Shown here: positions 63,677-64,000 of the stretch, one piece after another
How the letters are laid out: each line of letters begins with the position of its first letter
How positions within the stretch are numbered: position 1 is the stretch's first letter
NCBI GenBank assembly: GCA_963778955.1
Contig: CAVZWI010000001.1
Location: 218,823 to 282,822, forward strand
Direction: 5' to 3'
Source: an uncultured Chloroflexia bacterium
Lineage (GTDB): Bacteria; Chloroflexota; Limnocylindria; Limnocylindrales; CSP1-4
Length of the DNA: 64,000 nt
Made by a program: the position numbers and the translations under genes
Notes under the pieces: generated by a model
What the model saw: the letters and a program-made list of their open reading frames with translations, nothing else
Told to the model about the DNA's origin: nothing
Databases searched by the model: none

Positions 63677-64000
63677 ATGTCCAGCCACCAAAAGGACCGC
63701 CTTTTACGCGCGATCGCCGGCGTCGTGCTGATCGTCGTCACGCTGCTGCTGGTAGGCCAGCTGGTGCCCTACTTCGCGACACTCTCCAATCTGGAGAACG
63801 TCATGTCGCAGGCGGCCATCCTGTCGGTCGTCGCGTTCGGCATGACCCTCGTCATCGTCACCGGCGGCATCGACCTCTCGGTCGGCGGGGTGATGTCTCT
63901 TGTCGGCGTCACCGAGGTCTCCCTGGTGAGTGCCGGCGTCGCCTGGCCGCTCGCGGTCGTCGCCGGTCTTGGGGTGGGCGTGCTCCTGGGCTCGGTCAAT
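63677..64000 (+). CDS. Sugar ABC transporter permease, RbsC-like (partial, runs off the window end)
   Basis: My translation from ATG 63677: ...FATLSNLENVMSQAAILSVVAFGMTLVIVTGGIDLSVG...GVLLGSVN. Confidence 0.88.
   Translation, partial: MSSHQKDRLLRAIAGVVLIVVTLLLVGQLVPYFATLSNLENVMSQAAILSVVAFGMTLVIVTGGIDLSVGGVMSLVGVTEVSLVSAGVAWPLAVVAGLGVGVLLGSVN

Overview
A GC-rich bacterial chromosomal window with about 55 protein-coding genes. I recognise no rRNA, tRNA, CRISPR array or transposase. The secreted-protein style (AQDASPAP-type signal peptides, an HPxHIHAGTC motif) suggests Chloroflexota, but that is an inference. In order, the window holds: an MFS efflux pump, a collagen-like protein, a TetR/oxidoreductase pair, vapBC, an NAD-linked formate dehydrogenase operon (fdsGBA-fdhD), an ArsB/NhaD-type permease, an AUR1-like PAP2 protein, the glgX-treY-treZ-glgE-treS/mak alpha-glucan/trehalose operon, a run of secreted proteins and two M24-fold genes. 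An 18 kb uncharacterised locus follows (gad, hydrolase, secreted protein, double AI-2E transporter, hidden repeat microprotein, DUF6325-like proteins, DUF1269-arylsulfatase, BASS, SHOCT, CMD-like protein, MalT-like LuxR regulator, holin-phosphodiesterase fusion, K+ channel). The window ends with ipdC and a LacI-controlled araA/sugar ABC operon. Three observations stand out. (1) Six copies of an inverted MalT-box motif, TCATCC-N5-GGATGA, lie between 43.0 and 54.5 kb and outline a putative regulon. (2) A 59-aa tandem-repeat microprotein inside that locus is missing from the ORF track. (3) Fourteen single-base insertions in two stereotyped sequence contexts look like systematic sequencing errors rather than real pseudogenes. 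All family assignments are by motif recognition; no database search was run.
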